Origin: Cyanophora paradoxa CCMP329
Lineage: Eukaryota > Plantae > Glaucophyta
Assembly (NCBI GenBank): GCA_004431415.1
Contig: QPMI01000568.1
Location: forward strand, 1 to 64,000
Reading direction: 5' to 3'
DNA length: 64,000 bases
How positions within the stretch are numbered: the first letter of the stretch is position 1; every line of letters begins with the position of its first letter. The notes under the pieces are model-generated. The model ran no database searches, had not been told where the DNA came from, and saw only the letters and a list, made by a program, of their open reading frames with translations. A program made the translations under genes and the position numbers. Below, piece after piece: positions 33,473 through 45,626 of the stretch.

Positions 33473-33745
33473 CTAGTCAAACCTAATGCAAATATCCCTA
33501 TACTCTACTCTGATTGATGAAGTAGCCCTTTTCCTGTGTGCTTGACTCTTTCTTTTGTTACAGTCCCTACACCCTGATCCCTTCACATGATTAAAGGGAT
33601 ATGTTAGGATCACCTTGTTACATTGCAAACATCTAACAGATACTTTCTCTTGAGCTTTGATGTAATGTGTCTCACTGTAATCGAATTTATCTTTACCATG
33701 GACTGTCATAGCAGCATCAATAAACTTTTTTGTTTTAGTATCCAT
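33473..33745 (-). CDS. Small zinc-ribbon protein
   Basis: Orthologue of 12256-12528. Confidence 0.75.
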   Translation of the reverse strand: MDTKTKKFIDAAMTVHGKDKFDYSETHYIKAQEKVSVRCLQCNKVILTYPFNHVKGSGCRDCNKRKSQAHRKRATSSIRVEYRDICIRFD

Positions 33746-33767
33746 ACTCTATATATACCCAATATTC

Positions 33768-34601
33768 TTATGGAGCAGTATCCTGCCCAAAAATGGGGAA
33801 ATATCGATTTGTCCCATAGTACTCAGCATAGGTATTCTGCTTTGCAATAAAATCGGTTCTCTCAGCATATAATACACACTTGTAGATGCCAAACTTGGTG
33901 GCTCTAACCAGAAACTGATAGTCTTCCAAACCGAAATTGACTCCATGATAAGCAATACCAAAATTATCATATGGGGTGATCACAACAGCAAAATTAGGAG
34001 TTCCACCCTCTACTTGACAAAGAGCATAAACATCTGGTGGGATATCCACAACTACCTTGTAGTGGTCACCAATTTCAACAAGAGAGTCTACTACTGCTGT
34101 TTGTTCATTCACAACAATTGGGAATATTTTTATTATATAGGGGGCATTCATGCTGGGGACATAGGTTCGAATTCTTGTGTTGGGATCAATGGGATTGGGT
34201 TGATCATTCACAAATAGAGGCGCTCCAACAGCCCCACCAACCCTAAGACCATCACCAATATAAGCTCCCCCCGATTTGCAGTTAATAGCTCCCGACCTAG
34301 ATTCAAAAGAATAAGTAGAAAGAGGATCTCCATAGCTATCTGGGTCTCCATAATGAGCAGAAAAGTTTGCATTGGTAACAAGTAGCTTAGTTGTCTTAAC
34401 TATTCCATTATTTTTATCACATCTGAGTTCCTGTAATCTCAGTTTATGGGTGGAACCAAAGGTGTTCATTGTAGGTTGGACCTCTGTCGATTGGAGACCC
34501 TCTACATCATCAAAGGTAGCATGCTGTAGAACATGGTTTGCTGGGGCAGCTAATGATAGCTGTGGTGTAATAATTCGTTCAAGTGGGGGTTGCTCAGCCA
34601 T
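33768..34601 (-). CDS. Virion-associated protein with shared N-terminal fibre module
   Basis: Near-identical to 11403-12230. Confidence 0.8.
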   Translation of the reverse strand: MAEQPPLERIITPQLSLAAPANHVLQHATFDDVEGLQSTEVQPTMNTFGSTHKLRLQELRCDKNNGIVKTTKLLVTNANFSAHYGDPDSYGDPLSTYSFESRSGAINCKSGGAYIGDGLRVGGAVGAPLFVNDQPNPIDPNTRIRTYVPSMNAPYIIKIFPIVVNEQTAVVDSLVEIGDHYKVVVDIPPDVYALCQVEGGTPNFAVVITPYDNFGIAYHGVNFGLEDYQFLVRATKFGIYKCVLYAERTDFIAKQNTYAEYYGTNRYFPIFGQDTAP

Positions 34602-34624
34602 TTTACATTAAAGGGATATATCTT

Positions 34625-35469
34625 TTATGGGGTTGGGTCATCAATAATATCTGGTTCCGAATAAAACCCTGTTTGAGAAAGAGTATCAGGAGTTACACCT
34701 CTAAGAGCTGATACAGCGGCTATATCTGTTCTCAAACCGATAAGAGTTATAGTATATAACCCAATATCTGTAACAAACAAGTCAAAGGTGAAATTATTAT
34801 TATAAACACAGTAGCCATAACCGAAATGATTATATCCCTGAACATTGAAATAGTATTTATGACCTACTTGATTGTTGTTGGCTCTACAAAGGGAAAGCAT
34901 TGCAGATGGAATCGCAAGACCTCTCAGTACTCTTTTGGTTCCTTCAATTAATTCCGAGTTTTCAAGAGTAACAGTATATCCAATGTAAAATTGAATTAAT
35001 GGCTGCTGTGCAACAGGAGTATATAATCGAATTCGTTGGGGGTCTTCCACATTTTGCTCTAGAGTATCTGGGACATCATTATACGAAATGGAGGATGAGA
35101 GTTGACCTGACACTCTGCAACCTCCCCAATAAATGCTCCTCCTGATCTCACAGTAACAGCAGCAGTATTCTTGTCGAAATCTAGGGCTTTCAGGGCAACA
35201 CTGTAAGCATCAGGACCTCCATTTGTAGGCTGGAAGAAGTTAGCATTGGTGACAAGAAGTCGAGTTGTTTTAACCACACCAGAATTCTTATCAGCTCTCA
35301 GCTCTTTTACTCGAATAATCGAATTTTTATCAAAGGAGTTACCATTGGAATTGGGTCTCTCTGTGGATTCTAAACCACGAACCTCATCATTTACTTCATG
35401 CTGGCGAAAATGCATTGCAGGGGATCCAAGGGAATATATAGGCAGTTGAACTCGATTATATTCACCCAT
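34625..35469 (-). CDS. Virion-associated protein (one frameshift near 35120)
   Basis: Orthologue of 10525-11379; N-terminal half near-identical, C-terminal half diverged. Confidence 0.75.
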
Positions 35470-35518
35470 TGCTTCTTTTACTAAGAAGGAAAGAAAAATA
35501 ATGCGAAATATGCATTTA

Positions 35519-38500
35519 TTATGGGATTCCATATGCTGTCCAATGGATTGTGCAAGTAATACTTCGACTTTCAGATAGAGTAGGGGATGCTATGAATGTC
35601 ACATAAATTGTTGTATAGGTAGATGTGGAGTTTGAGATTCCAATTCTAAAATCTACATCCCCAGGGTTTGTTGCAGGAGTTCCTTCAAGTGTGGCAGTTA
35701 CAACAGGTGTCTTAGTGTAAAAAGCAGGATCCCAATTCAAAACCTGTGCATGCTGTGTTCTCTGACCTGCGCTTATAACACCACTTGTAGCCTGATATTT
35801 GCCTGATTTAAACCGCCTTTCCATATCATGCCATGAGGGGACTTGGCTAATTGTGTTGGTGGTTCCTGCATTCATTGCATAAAATGCCCTTGCATAAGCA
35901 TTTCCTCTGCAGAGCAAGGTTTTATCATAGAAGTTTGCTGAATTGTGGAAGAACCAAGTTTCCTCATTTGTAGGCGATGCAGGGGCTACTATTTGACCTG
36001 ATCCTACATACATAGTATTATTTGCAGTGATTGTATTGGCTGTGAATGGGTCTAAACTTGGGAGATCTGTGATTTCTGATTTAGTATGAGTATGGGCGAA
36101 ATCTGTAATATTTGCCTTTGTGTGAGTATGGGCAAAGTCGGTGATATCTGATTTAGTGTGAGAGTGAGGTCCGACAGTTGTAGAAGCTGTTGGTTTCCCA
36201 TAAATGTTATCCCAATGCAAGAAGCCGCTATGTGAGGATACAGTGGGGTTCTTGCTCCAACCTACAAGACCCACAAGGTAAATCCTTCCTATTCGCCCTT
36301 GAACACCCACTTTACTCAGCCCTTCACAATTCACTCCGACATATTGCCTATACTCTACACTTGGGTCACTACCAGGAGAATAAGCATTTACTCTCGAAAG
36401 AGTATAGGAATTGGTTGATGGATAAACTCCTACAACATCAAAGTATCTACTATTGTATTGACACACATAGAAGATATAGCATGTTTTCATTCCAGCAGGC
36501 ACAGTCCATAACATCTTGTAGCCACTACAATCTTCATCACCAGAAGCCCATGTGTTTGCTCCTGAGTAAGGAGATATAAATGTGAAAAATCTCCAATCAC
36601 CTGTGCGATCTGTGGAAAGACCATTTGTGGCATCAAAGTTAATTGGAGATGTGTATGTTGGTTTATTTATCAGATCATCGTAATTTCCTGTCGTTGCAAC
36701 AGTTGCAAGATTAGGTCTATCTGTGATATTTGACCAAGCATGAGTATGGGTTGCAGGAGGGAATGTTAAAGGTTTATCTGTGATATTGTTCCATGCATGA
36801 CTGTGAGTTTGAAGTGCAACACCCAATTCGGTTTCATCTATATAATTTTTGCTTTGTAGGTAATCATCTGTGACCACACCCGAAAGTGTTTCATTGTGTA
36901 AGTTTTTTGCCGCCATTCTCTGATTGGCTTCAATAGCCCCACCTGATAGCGTTTTAATCCAAGCGATCTCAGCTTTACTGTAATTATCAGTTGGTTGCCC
37001 AACAAGTGGAATATAATTGAGTTTATCCCGAGTGAAAACTATCTTAGGTCTTGATCCATCCAAGCTGCTTACATCTGTCACATTCACATGGACAGCTGCT
37101 GAGAAGTCTTGATAACCCGCAGGATTGGAGGGAACACCGAACCCATCCTTTGGAATATCGTTTTTGTAATAGCTTGTCACATAGATATTGGGGAAGGTGT
37201 CACCTGGGTTAACATAGGCTACATCTTGCACTCGGAATTGAGGCAAGCTTCGGACAAATAGAGGTCCTGTCATTCCACTGCCTGCATCAGCCCCTTTGAG
37301 GTGAACATAATGCTCATTCAAAATAGTTCTTTCCGCAATATTGCAGGATTTATAAAGGGAAACCCCCATATTCACAGGTTCGACCTTTGAGAATTCAGGT
37401 TGGTTATTGATCTCATCCCATGTATGCTCATGGGTTGCAGGTGGGAATATTGAAGGTCTATCTGTGATATTCGACCAAGCATGAGTGTGGTTTTGTATCC
37501 ATCCCTGCACAACATTGGATGTAGTGTAGTTTGGAATTATAGCGTTTGAACCTACTATTAAATTTTTAATGTGGACATAGTCGGAAGAAATTCGCAGATT
37601 TTCTGGATAATAGAGAGATTGAGTTTTTGGGAAGCCATAATAATCCTGAATATAGTATCTCACCCTTTGCTTCTCCTCAAACGTCAAGGCTCTGTTGAAA
37701 ATGATGTATTCGGCTATATCACCTATGAAATAGTTAACACCCATCCTACTGAAAGTTGAAGGTGGAAGGTAATTTGTTCCTGTAAAGGTTCCTACATCTT
37801 GTCCTCTGATTCCAAAGGTTATGCTGTTTGAAGTTATGGTGGTGTCCCAATAATTAGCTGAATGGGAAGCATAATTGGTGTTCACTCGTGGGGCTGTGTA
37901 ACCCACCCCATTACTCGTAAAAGAATACAAGCCAAATAATAAGGAGTTTACATAGCCAAACTCTATTTTATGGGTTCCATCAGGAGAACCAAAATCTAAA
38001 TGAACTGTTTGCCAATTTGTTGCAGAGTAGTGGCTGCCTACATAGAACAGTGTCATGCCCTCTGACCAATCAACGGATACATTATAGTTAATGAATGCCG
38101 ACGCAGTATATCCACCTGACTTTCTTACCACTTTTCGGTTGTTCAATGCAGCATTAGCTGCAACAGTTCCACTACTTCCCCAAAATGGGAAAGTAATCCC
38201 TGAAATAAATGGCACAGCTGCTGTCGCTCTATTGGGGATGAACTGATTGTAAGGATTTGTGTTAACAGGAAGCCCATCCATTCTCATTGTATAGAGGCAT
38301 TTCGGTGTGGTTTTGGCAGGGTCAGTGTTGGAAGTAATGGGGTAATAGGGTGGATCATAGTAGACATCGATTTCTGTATTTCCGTCTCCTATTTTCAGCT
38401 TTCCCTTCACATTCAGGTTACATGTAACTGTAAGATTGCTACCAATCCAAGCGGATCCTGTGTTGCTACTGTTAATTGATTTCAATGTTCCATTTACATC

Positions 38501-41500
38501 CAAATTACTTGTGGTTAGGTTGCTTGTTATAATAAGATTTCCATCTATTGTTCCCCCTGATTTTGGCAAGTAGTTGTTGAGCCACCCTAATGTAACATTA
38601 CTACTTGTGAGAGGAGCCAAGAGTTCGTTTAATGTAGCTGCACTCACCTTCGAAACAAGCCATCCCTGAACAGTATTTGAAGAGGTTAGAGGAGCTATTT
38701 GAGCATTCACAGTTGCTGTATCAGCCTTAGTAGCAAGCCATCCCTGAACTGTGTTAGAAGAGGTTAGAGGAGCTATCTGAGCATTCACAGTCGCCGTATC
38801 AGCCTTTGGAGCCAACCAACCCTGCACCACATTGGATGTAGTGTAGTTTGGAATGGAAGCGTTTGAACTAACTATAATGTTCTCAATGTGAACATAATCA
38901 GCAGCGATTCGTAGATTGTCAGGATAATACAGTGATTGCGTTTTTGGAAAACCGTAATAATCCTGAATATAATATCTCACCCTTTGCTTCTCCTCAAACG
39001 ACAAGGCTCTGTTGAAAACGATGTATTCGGCTACATCACCTATGAAATAATCGACTCCCATTCGATTGAAAGTGGAAGGGGGAAGGTAATTTGTTCCTGT
39101 AAATGTTCCTACATCTTGACCACCAATGCCGAAAGTTATTGCATCAGAAGTGATTGTGGTATCCCAATAATTGGCTGAATATGATCCATAATTTGTATTC
39201 ACTCGTGGAACTGGGTAACTCACCCCATTACTCGTAAATGAATACAAGCCAAATGATAAAGATGACCCATACCCAAATGCTATTTTATGGGTTCCATCAG
39301 GAGAACCAAAATCTAAATGAACTGTTTGCCAATTTGTTGCGGAATAGTGATTACCCACATAAAAAAGTGTCATTCCTTCCGACCAATCCACAGTAACAGA
39401 GTAGTTTATGAATGCCGCCGCAGTATACCCACCTGACTTTCTTACCACTTTTCGGTTGTTCAATGCAGCATTAGCTGCAACAGTTCCACTACTTCCCCAA
39501 AATGGGAAAGTAATCCCTGAAATAAATGGCACAGCTGCTGTCGCTCTATTGGGGATGAACTGATTGTAAGGATTTGTGTTAACAGGAAGCCCATCCATTC
39601 TCATTGTATAGAGGCATTTCGAAATGGTTGTAGCAGGGTCAGTGTTGGAATTAATTGGGTAGTAGGGTGTGTCATATGTCACATTCAATAGAGTTCCATA
39701 GGTTCCTAATTCGAAGTTGCTGGATACTTTCAGACTGCCTGCAATGGTGACATTATTACTTGTATAAATGTTACTTGTGTAAAGGTTGCTTGTGTAAATA
39801 TTACTATTAACTGTCAGGTTTCCTGTGATTGTCCCACCCACCAGAGGAAGATACTTGGATAATTCGGCTGCAAGTTCATTTTTAGTTACATAATTTGCGA
39901 GCATAGCAAGGGTGACTATATTCACAAGAACAACAGCAGTAAGGTAATCCTCTGTGACTACTCTCGAAATGCTCTCATTGTGTATGTTTTTTGCTGCCAT
40001 CCTCTGATTGGCTTCCAGAACCCCACCATAATCTGTTTTAATCCATGCAAGCTCTGCCCTTCCATAATTATCATTTGCAGTTCCCACTATGGGAATGTAG
40101 GAATACTTATCTCGACTGAAAACTATCATTGGTCTTGATCCATCTAGACTGCTTACATCTGCTACATGAACCTGTATAGCAGAGTTGTAATTTTGGTAGG
40201 TTGCTGGGTCTGTTGGGACTCTGAATGTATCTGTGGGAATGTCAGCCTCCATATAGCTTGACACAAAGATATTTGGTATGGTTGCTCCTGGTTCAGGTGG
40301 TGGATTATAAGAGCCTGGTAATGTCCTAATATGAAGTGGTCCTCTCATAGCTGAATTCGCAAGTGTCCCATTCACATGAACATAGTGGTGATTCAAAAAG
40401 ATCCTTTCAGGGACATTGCAAGTCTGGTAAAGAGAAACTCCCAGAGTAGCAAGAGGCTCAACTTTTGCAAATTCTGGTTGGTCATTGATCTCATCCCAGG
40501 TGTGTTCATGGTTGCTTGCTGCAAACTTATCTGGAATCCCATCAATATCACCCCAATCATGCCTGTGGTCTTCTGGTGGGTATTTCTGTGGTTTGCCTAA
40601 GATCTCATCCCAGTCATGATTGTGGTCCTCTGGAGGATATCTCGCTGGTTTATTGTTTATTTGCTCCCAGTCAGGGAAGATCTCGAAAACCTCAGGTTGC
40701 AAACCATCTGGTAACAGTTCCTCATGGGGGTCATGGGGTTGCTCATAGTCAACAGCTGGGGGATCATGACCATCTGCTAAATACTCCTCATGTGGTTCAT
40801 AATTCTGCTCATACTCATACTCTTGTGGATCATGTCCATCTGCTAAATACTCCTCATGGGGTTCATAGTTCTGCTCATACTCATACTCTTGTGGGTCTAA
40901 GCCATCTGGTAATATTTCCTCCTCATTGGGGTCATATTGATCATATTCATACTCTTGTGGGTCGAAACCATCTGGTAAATACTCTTCCTCATCTGGAACG
41001 AATTGATATTCATCAAGCTCTAATATATCGACTTCAGGAGGTAAATACTGCTCATCTATTTGCTTTCTGGGTTCAATTATAGGTTTATTGCGAACTTGCT
41101 CCCAACTCACAATATGCTGCCCAAAGGCTACATCTTCAGTTGCTGTGTATTCTCTTCCAGGCTGCTTCTTTGGTGTTAGATCGGGTGGTCCATTGGGAAA
41201 TGGAATAGGGAATGGGACAGTAGGTCCATTGGGACCATAATGCTCAATGATTTCCCTTAGAGTTTTCTCACTAACAAGCTTCTCTCCATTTGCATACACA
41301 TTGCTGCCATGGATATTTCGCCATTGCCTGGTTCGAATTCCAAGGTCTTTCACATTGCTATACAAAGGCAAAAGGTGCCTATCCATTTCGACTAAATCAG
41401 GATGCAAATGGATTGCTACTGGTTGACTGGGGCTACTGTTGATTGTAATTGATGGCTTTTTTTGATGGACATCTTTTGGAGTAAAGAACCCAAAAGGCTC

Positions 41501-42012
41501 ATTTCTTGCAAAGTCATATGTAATATCCTTGGGGTAGACATCATTTGTGTAGGAGACCTGATTTGTATTGGCAATGGGACCCACTTGCAATACTTGGGGA
41601 CCTCAGCTTTTGCAGTGCTGCCCTCATTGTAAATTCGTAAAGCTGTGTTCTGTTTGCCCTGCTCATCTTGAACATTGAAAATCAATCGACCACTATCGAA
41701 CCTGGAAGGTATATCTGGGTGAGTGCCACTGGTTTTCAGTTTCCTAGGTCTCCTTCTGGTGGCTTTGATCTCTGCCACTTGGTTTGCTTTCACATTACCC
41801 AAACTAAAAGCAACACTGACATCCTCTTTATCTGGATCGGTTTGATTCACAGATAAAGCATGCTCCCTTGATTGAGTCTTTGATGAATTATCAGAGCTGT
41901 GGTCAATTGAAACTGAACCCTTTACTTTAATATTATCAAAGTTCACATGCTTGGTGCTGCTTGCATTATCATCTTGAATGGTTTCTAGATTGGGTGGGTA
42001 ATTGAAGCTCAT
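35519..42012 (-). CDS. Giant fibre/spike protein (~2160 aa; one frameshift near 41595) with duplicated LamG/ConA-like domains
   Basis: Homologous to 4813-8111, plus two copies of a domain ending FIGD(V/I)AEYI(V/I)FNRAL..EEKQRVRYYIQDYYG, TSNx repeats and HTH repeats. Confidence 0.8.
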
Positions 42013-42055
42013 GGCTTTTACTATATGGATTTATAAAATTCCTGATAAGTAAAAG

Positions 42056-43611
42056 ATGCCTCTCAAGGTCGCTTTAAGTCTTTCTGGCGGGGGTGCAAGG
42101 GGCATTATCATTACCAGGTTGCTCAAAGAAATCGAAAATCGAACTGGCAGGAGAATAATCGATCTTGTGGATCTTGTGAGTGGAACTTCCACTGGTGGGA
42201 TCATTGCTATTGGGTTAAACATCAGGCATCCTGATAAACCAGGTGAACCTAAACTGACAGCAAACGATTTACACAATATTTACCTAACTCAACTGCCCTT
42301 GATTTTCGCAAATCCTCGAAATATCATTGAAAATGCCCTATTTAACACAAAGTATGATGTGGGACCCTTGGAGACTGCAATCAATTCAGTTACTGGTGAA
42401 TCACTAATACAGGATTCCTTAAGGACATTGTGATCACATCCTTTGATACTCAGAATATGAAACCAATATTTATCACAAATGACAACAATTACAACTTTAT
42501 GCCTTGTAAGATTGCTGCTAGGGCTACTTCTGCTGCTCCTACATATTTCTCTCCTGTAAGCATTGTTGATTTCAATCGGGGAGTATATGTCTGTCTCATT
42601 GATGGTGCCATTTCGGGAAACAATAATCCCAGTGTGTGTGGTTACAGCCATGCAAAGAAGATTTACAGTGATGATGATGATATTATAGTAATAAGCATCT
42701 CTTGTGGTGAGGTAGACCCACATTTAGAGTCTGATTATGTGGGTTATGCTTATGAGACTGTAAACAGCTGGGGTATTCTCTCATGGATTGCCTCAACAGA
42801 TGGAAGCCCATTGATTAACATGCTCATGGCTGCAAGTGAGCTTTCTGCCCTTGATAAAATGGAGGAGCTTTTACCCTACAACTATGATCAGGATTATGGG
42901 AGATACTATAGGCTATCAGTCCCTCTTCCAAATCACATAGTAAGCTCCCTGGATGACACATCTAAAATCCCAGACATGCTTTCCTTCACTGAAACTTACA
43001 TAGCAGCAAACAATGATATGATTAATAAGCTTTGCAGCCTACTAGTAGCAAACTATGAACTAAAGAACCCTTCAAAGGCTTACATTTCATCCACTCTCAC
43101 TACATCACCTCCTTTGGATGCCAATTGGTATCAGCTTGCAGATGATGCCTTTACTGCCTCATCCTCTGTGACAGGTAAAGAGCCTTTCATGGCAAGACCT
43201 TCAGCATTTGGCTGGGAAGCTGGAGCCTTTGCTCCTGAGCAGATATGGGAAACCCCCACTGAATACCTTCAAGTTGCTTTCCCATATACTTTTGAACTCT
43301 CTTCTGTGATTGCCTATGGATCAGGGGACACCAATGCTTTTATTAAGACTTTCAATGTGGCAACATCCACTGATGGGATCAACTGGTCTTTTATTCGATC
43401 AGATGGGCAGAACAAAATATATGTCTGTGAGAACATTAACAATGCTCACAACTCAGGTGATGTGGCTCTATTGAGTGGATTTCCTCTCAGCATCAAGGAT
43501 GCTTTTTACATAGGTTTTTCTCTCAGAATTAAATATATTCGCATTTATCCCCTTGTGTATGTGAATGCTCCCACAATGAGAGTTGACTTTACAGGTGCCT
43601 TTATTCGATAA
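42056..43611 (+). CDS. Patatin-like phospholipase with C-terminal discoidin-like domain (frameshift near 42425)
   Basis: SGGGARG, GTSTG, ATSAAPTYF, IDGA; EYLQV...KYIRIYP...MRVDF. Confidence 0.85.
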
Positions 43612-44533
43612 ACTCCAACTGAAAAGAATTATCGATTCCATTCATATCAATCAGTTCACCAAAGTAATCTTTAAACTCAACTGTGAGTTCCCTTATCACC
43701 AGGTTTCTGTCATTTATCTGAATGAATTCTGCATGTTCACCACTATGGTAAACATAGCCACCTATATCCTTACTCAATTGCAATCTAAGGATAGCTCCCT
43801 GGTTTTGTGGTTGCGATTTTGGAATTATATTGTGTCTGCTGGCAAAAGGGGCAAGCTCTTTAATGTGCATGTATAGATACTGCTCAGCATTCATATCAGA
43901 CATCTTTCTGCTGTCAAAATAATATTGCAAGGGCTTAGATGAGAGTCTGGGTCCTGAAAAGGTGGTTCCCCATGCTGGGTGATCAGGTGTAATAGGTTTG
44001 CCATCATACTTTAACAGGTTCTCAGGTCGATAGGGTGATCCACCAACAGGAGGAGTGCTATAATACCCATTGGTGTATTCAGTAGAACTCACACCCAAAA
44101 GCTTCCCTATTCTCTGGTTGCTTGCAATAAAACGAAACTCATGGTTACTGTAAAACTCCACTTTATAGGTAGTTGGGTTATAGAATATCTTGAACTCAAA
44201 AGCTACTGTTTTGCCTGCAATGGTTTGGAAGCTTGAATAGTTCAGCCCATAATTATAAGGGTGTGTTACCCCAAAATGACCCTGATTGATGTAGCCACTG
44301 GGAAGGGGATACACTTGTTGTGTGATCACTTGGTTATATGAACCATCTTGGTAATTAAACTGAACTGTTAAATGATCAGTCCCCACACTGTTATAGATAC
44401 TGTTTGGAATCTCTGCATAGAGAACCCTGCATTCTCTTGGTCTCTCTACTGGAGTTGTGAGGGTGACCCTGTAAGAGTTTTCATTTTGTCCTTGGCTTCT
44501 ATCCCTGCTATCAATATTAACGAGCCGGTTCAT
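43601..44533 (-). CDS. Minor capsid (penton) protein 1
   Basis: IDSRDR...AEIPNSIYN N-terminus and IRELTVEFKDYFGELIDMNG C-terminus, typical of PLV single jelly-roll pentons. Confidence 0.8.
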   Translation of the reverse strand: MNRLVNIDSRDRSQGQNENSYRVTLTTPVERPRECRVLYAEIPNSIYNSVGTDHLTVQFNYQDGSYNQVITQQVYPLPSGYINQGHFGVTHPYNYGLNYSSFQTIAGKTVAFEFKIFYNPTTYKVEFYSNHEFRFIASNQRIGKLLGVSSTEYTNGYYSTPPVGGSPYRPENLLKYDGKPITPDHPAWGTTFSGPRLSSKPLQYYFDSRKMSDMNAEQYLYMHIKELAPFASRHNIIPKSQPQNQGAILRLQLSKDIGGYVYHSGEHAEFIQINDRNLVIRELTVEFKDYFGELIDMNGIDNSFQLEFIE

Positions 44534-44562
44534 TTTAATATATAAATATAGATAAAAGAAGA

Positions 44563-45573
44563 ATGCCTGTGGATTACATCGAGGTTAGCTCATTTAATAC
44601 AATCTCTGGTGATGGTCCCACATCAAGCTTTGTGGCTCGACTCCCCAGTAGTTATGAGAATGTGAGGGCTGTGAGACTGGTCTCAGCCGAATTTTATAAC
44701 AGCATCCCTATGGTGAGTGGTGAAACCAAAGCAGGAGATGTCACAGTTGATAACACATTTAGTATTTATTATTCGGAACAAACTCCAGGAGCTGGAAGCT
44801 CAGGAATTCCAACAACTCGCCCAGCTGCTGATTTTGAACAATGGAAACAATTCATGGTAAATCGCGAGACCCCCATCCAAAGCCACCAACAGCTGGTGAA
44901 TGTAATCAACTCAAAATTCGAAGGCAGAACTCCCCAACCATCCATTCGCTGCAAATGGGATGAGTCACTGAAACGAATTATATTCCACTCGGCAGTGCCT
45001 TTTTACCTGGCTTTCTCACTTGCTGTAAACCCAAGCCAACAAACAATCCAAAAGCTATTGAGTTCAGCTAGACTGCTTGGTCTTGATCCTGGAAGATATG
45101 GGAATTCCCCAATCAAATCCCAAGTTTATGATGCTCTCACTGATGGAATCTTTACTGATGGTCGAGTGAATGGCATTATATCTTCTTTTGAGCCTGAGAA
45201 GACCAGGGACAGTGTTTTGTTTGTGAGAGTAAAGGAGCTGGGTGATCTGGTTCAATGTGGGGATGGTCTTCTGACTGGTTACTTCCATAAAATAGTGGTT
45301 CCTGACAAAGATTATGGTGAGCATGTTGTTTACAATTCAACAGAGGCTCATCCACTTTATAAATACTATAACAAAAAGGTTGGATTATCCACTTTCTCGG
45401 TTGATATTGTTAATGCTGTAAATGAACCAATTGATTTTGAGGGTCAACCTGTTCATCTGACCTTTGAAATTCGCTATGGTGATGAGCCAGCAGGAGACCC
45501 AGTTTATGAATACTTTAAGATGAGAATGTCGCAGCTTCACCCTTCCTATCCAGTTATTACAAGCTTCGCATAA
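44563..45573 (+). CDS. Minor capsid (penton) protein 2
   Basis: F...LP..YENVRAVRLVSAEFYNS and LSTFSVDIVN..NEPIDFEG..HLTFEI. Confidence 0.7.
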   Translation: MPVDYIEVSSFNTISGDGPTSSFVARLPSSYENVRAVRLVSAEFYNSIPMVSGETKAGDVTVDNTFSIYYSEQTPGAGSSGIPTTRPAADFEQWKQFMVNRETPIQSHQQLVNVINSKFEGRTPQPSIRCKWDESLKRIIFHSAVPFYLAFSLAVNPSQQTIQKLLSSARLLGLDPGRYGNSPIKSQVYDALTDGIFTDGRVNGIISSFEPEKTRDSVLFVRVKELGDLVQCGDGLLTGYFHKIVVPDKDYGEHVVYNSTEAHPLYKYYNKKVGLSTFSVDIVNAVNEPIDFEGQPVHLTFEIRYGDEPAGDPVYEYFKMRMSQLHPSYPVITSFA

Positions 45574-45626
45574 ATTAAGGATCATTGGTAGATTTTTTAT
45601 GTTGCAGTATAATAAAAGAGAATATA

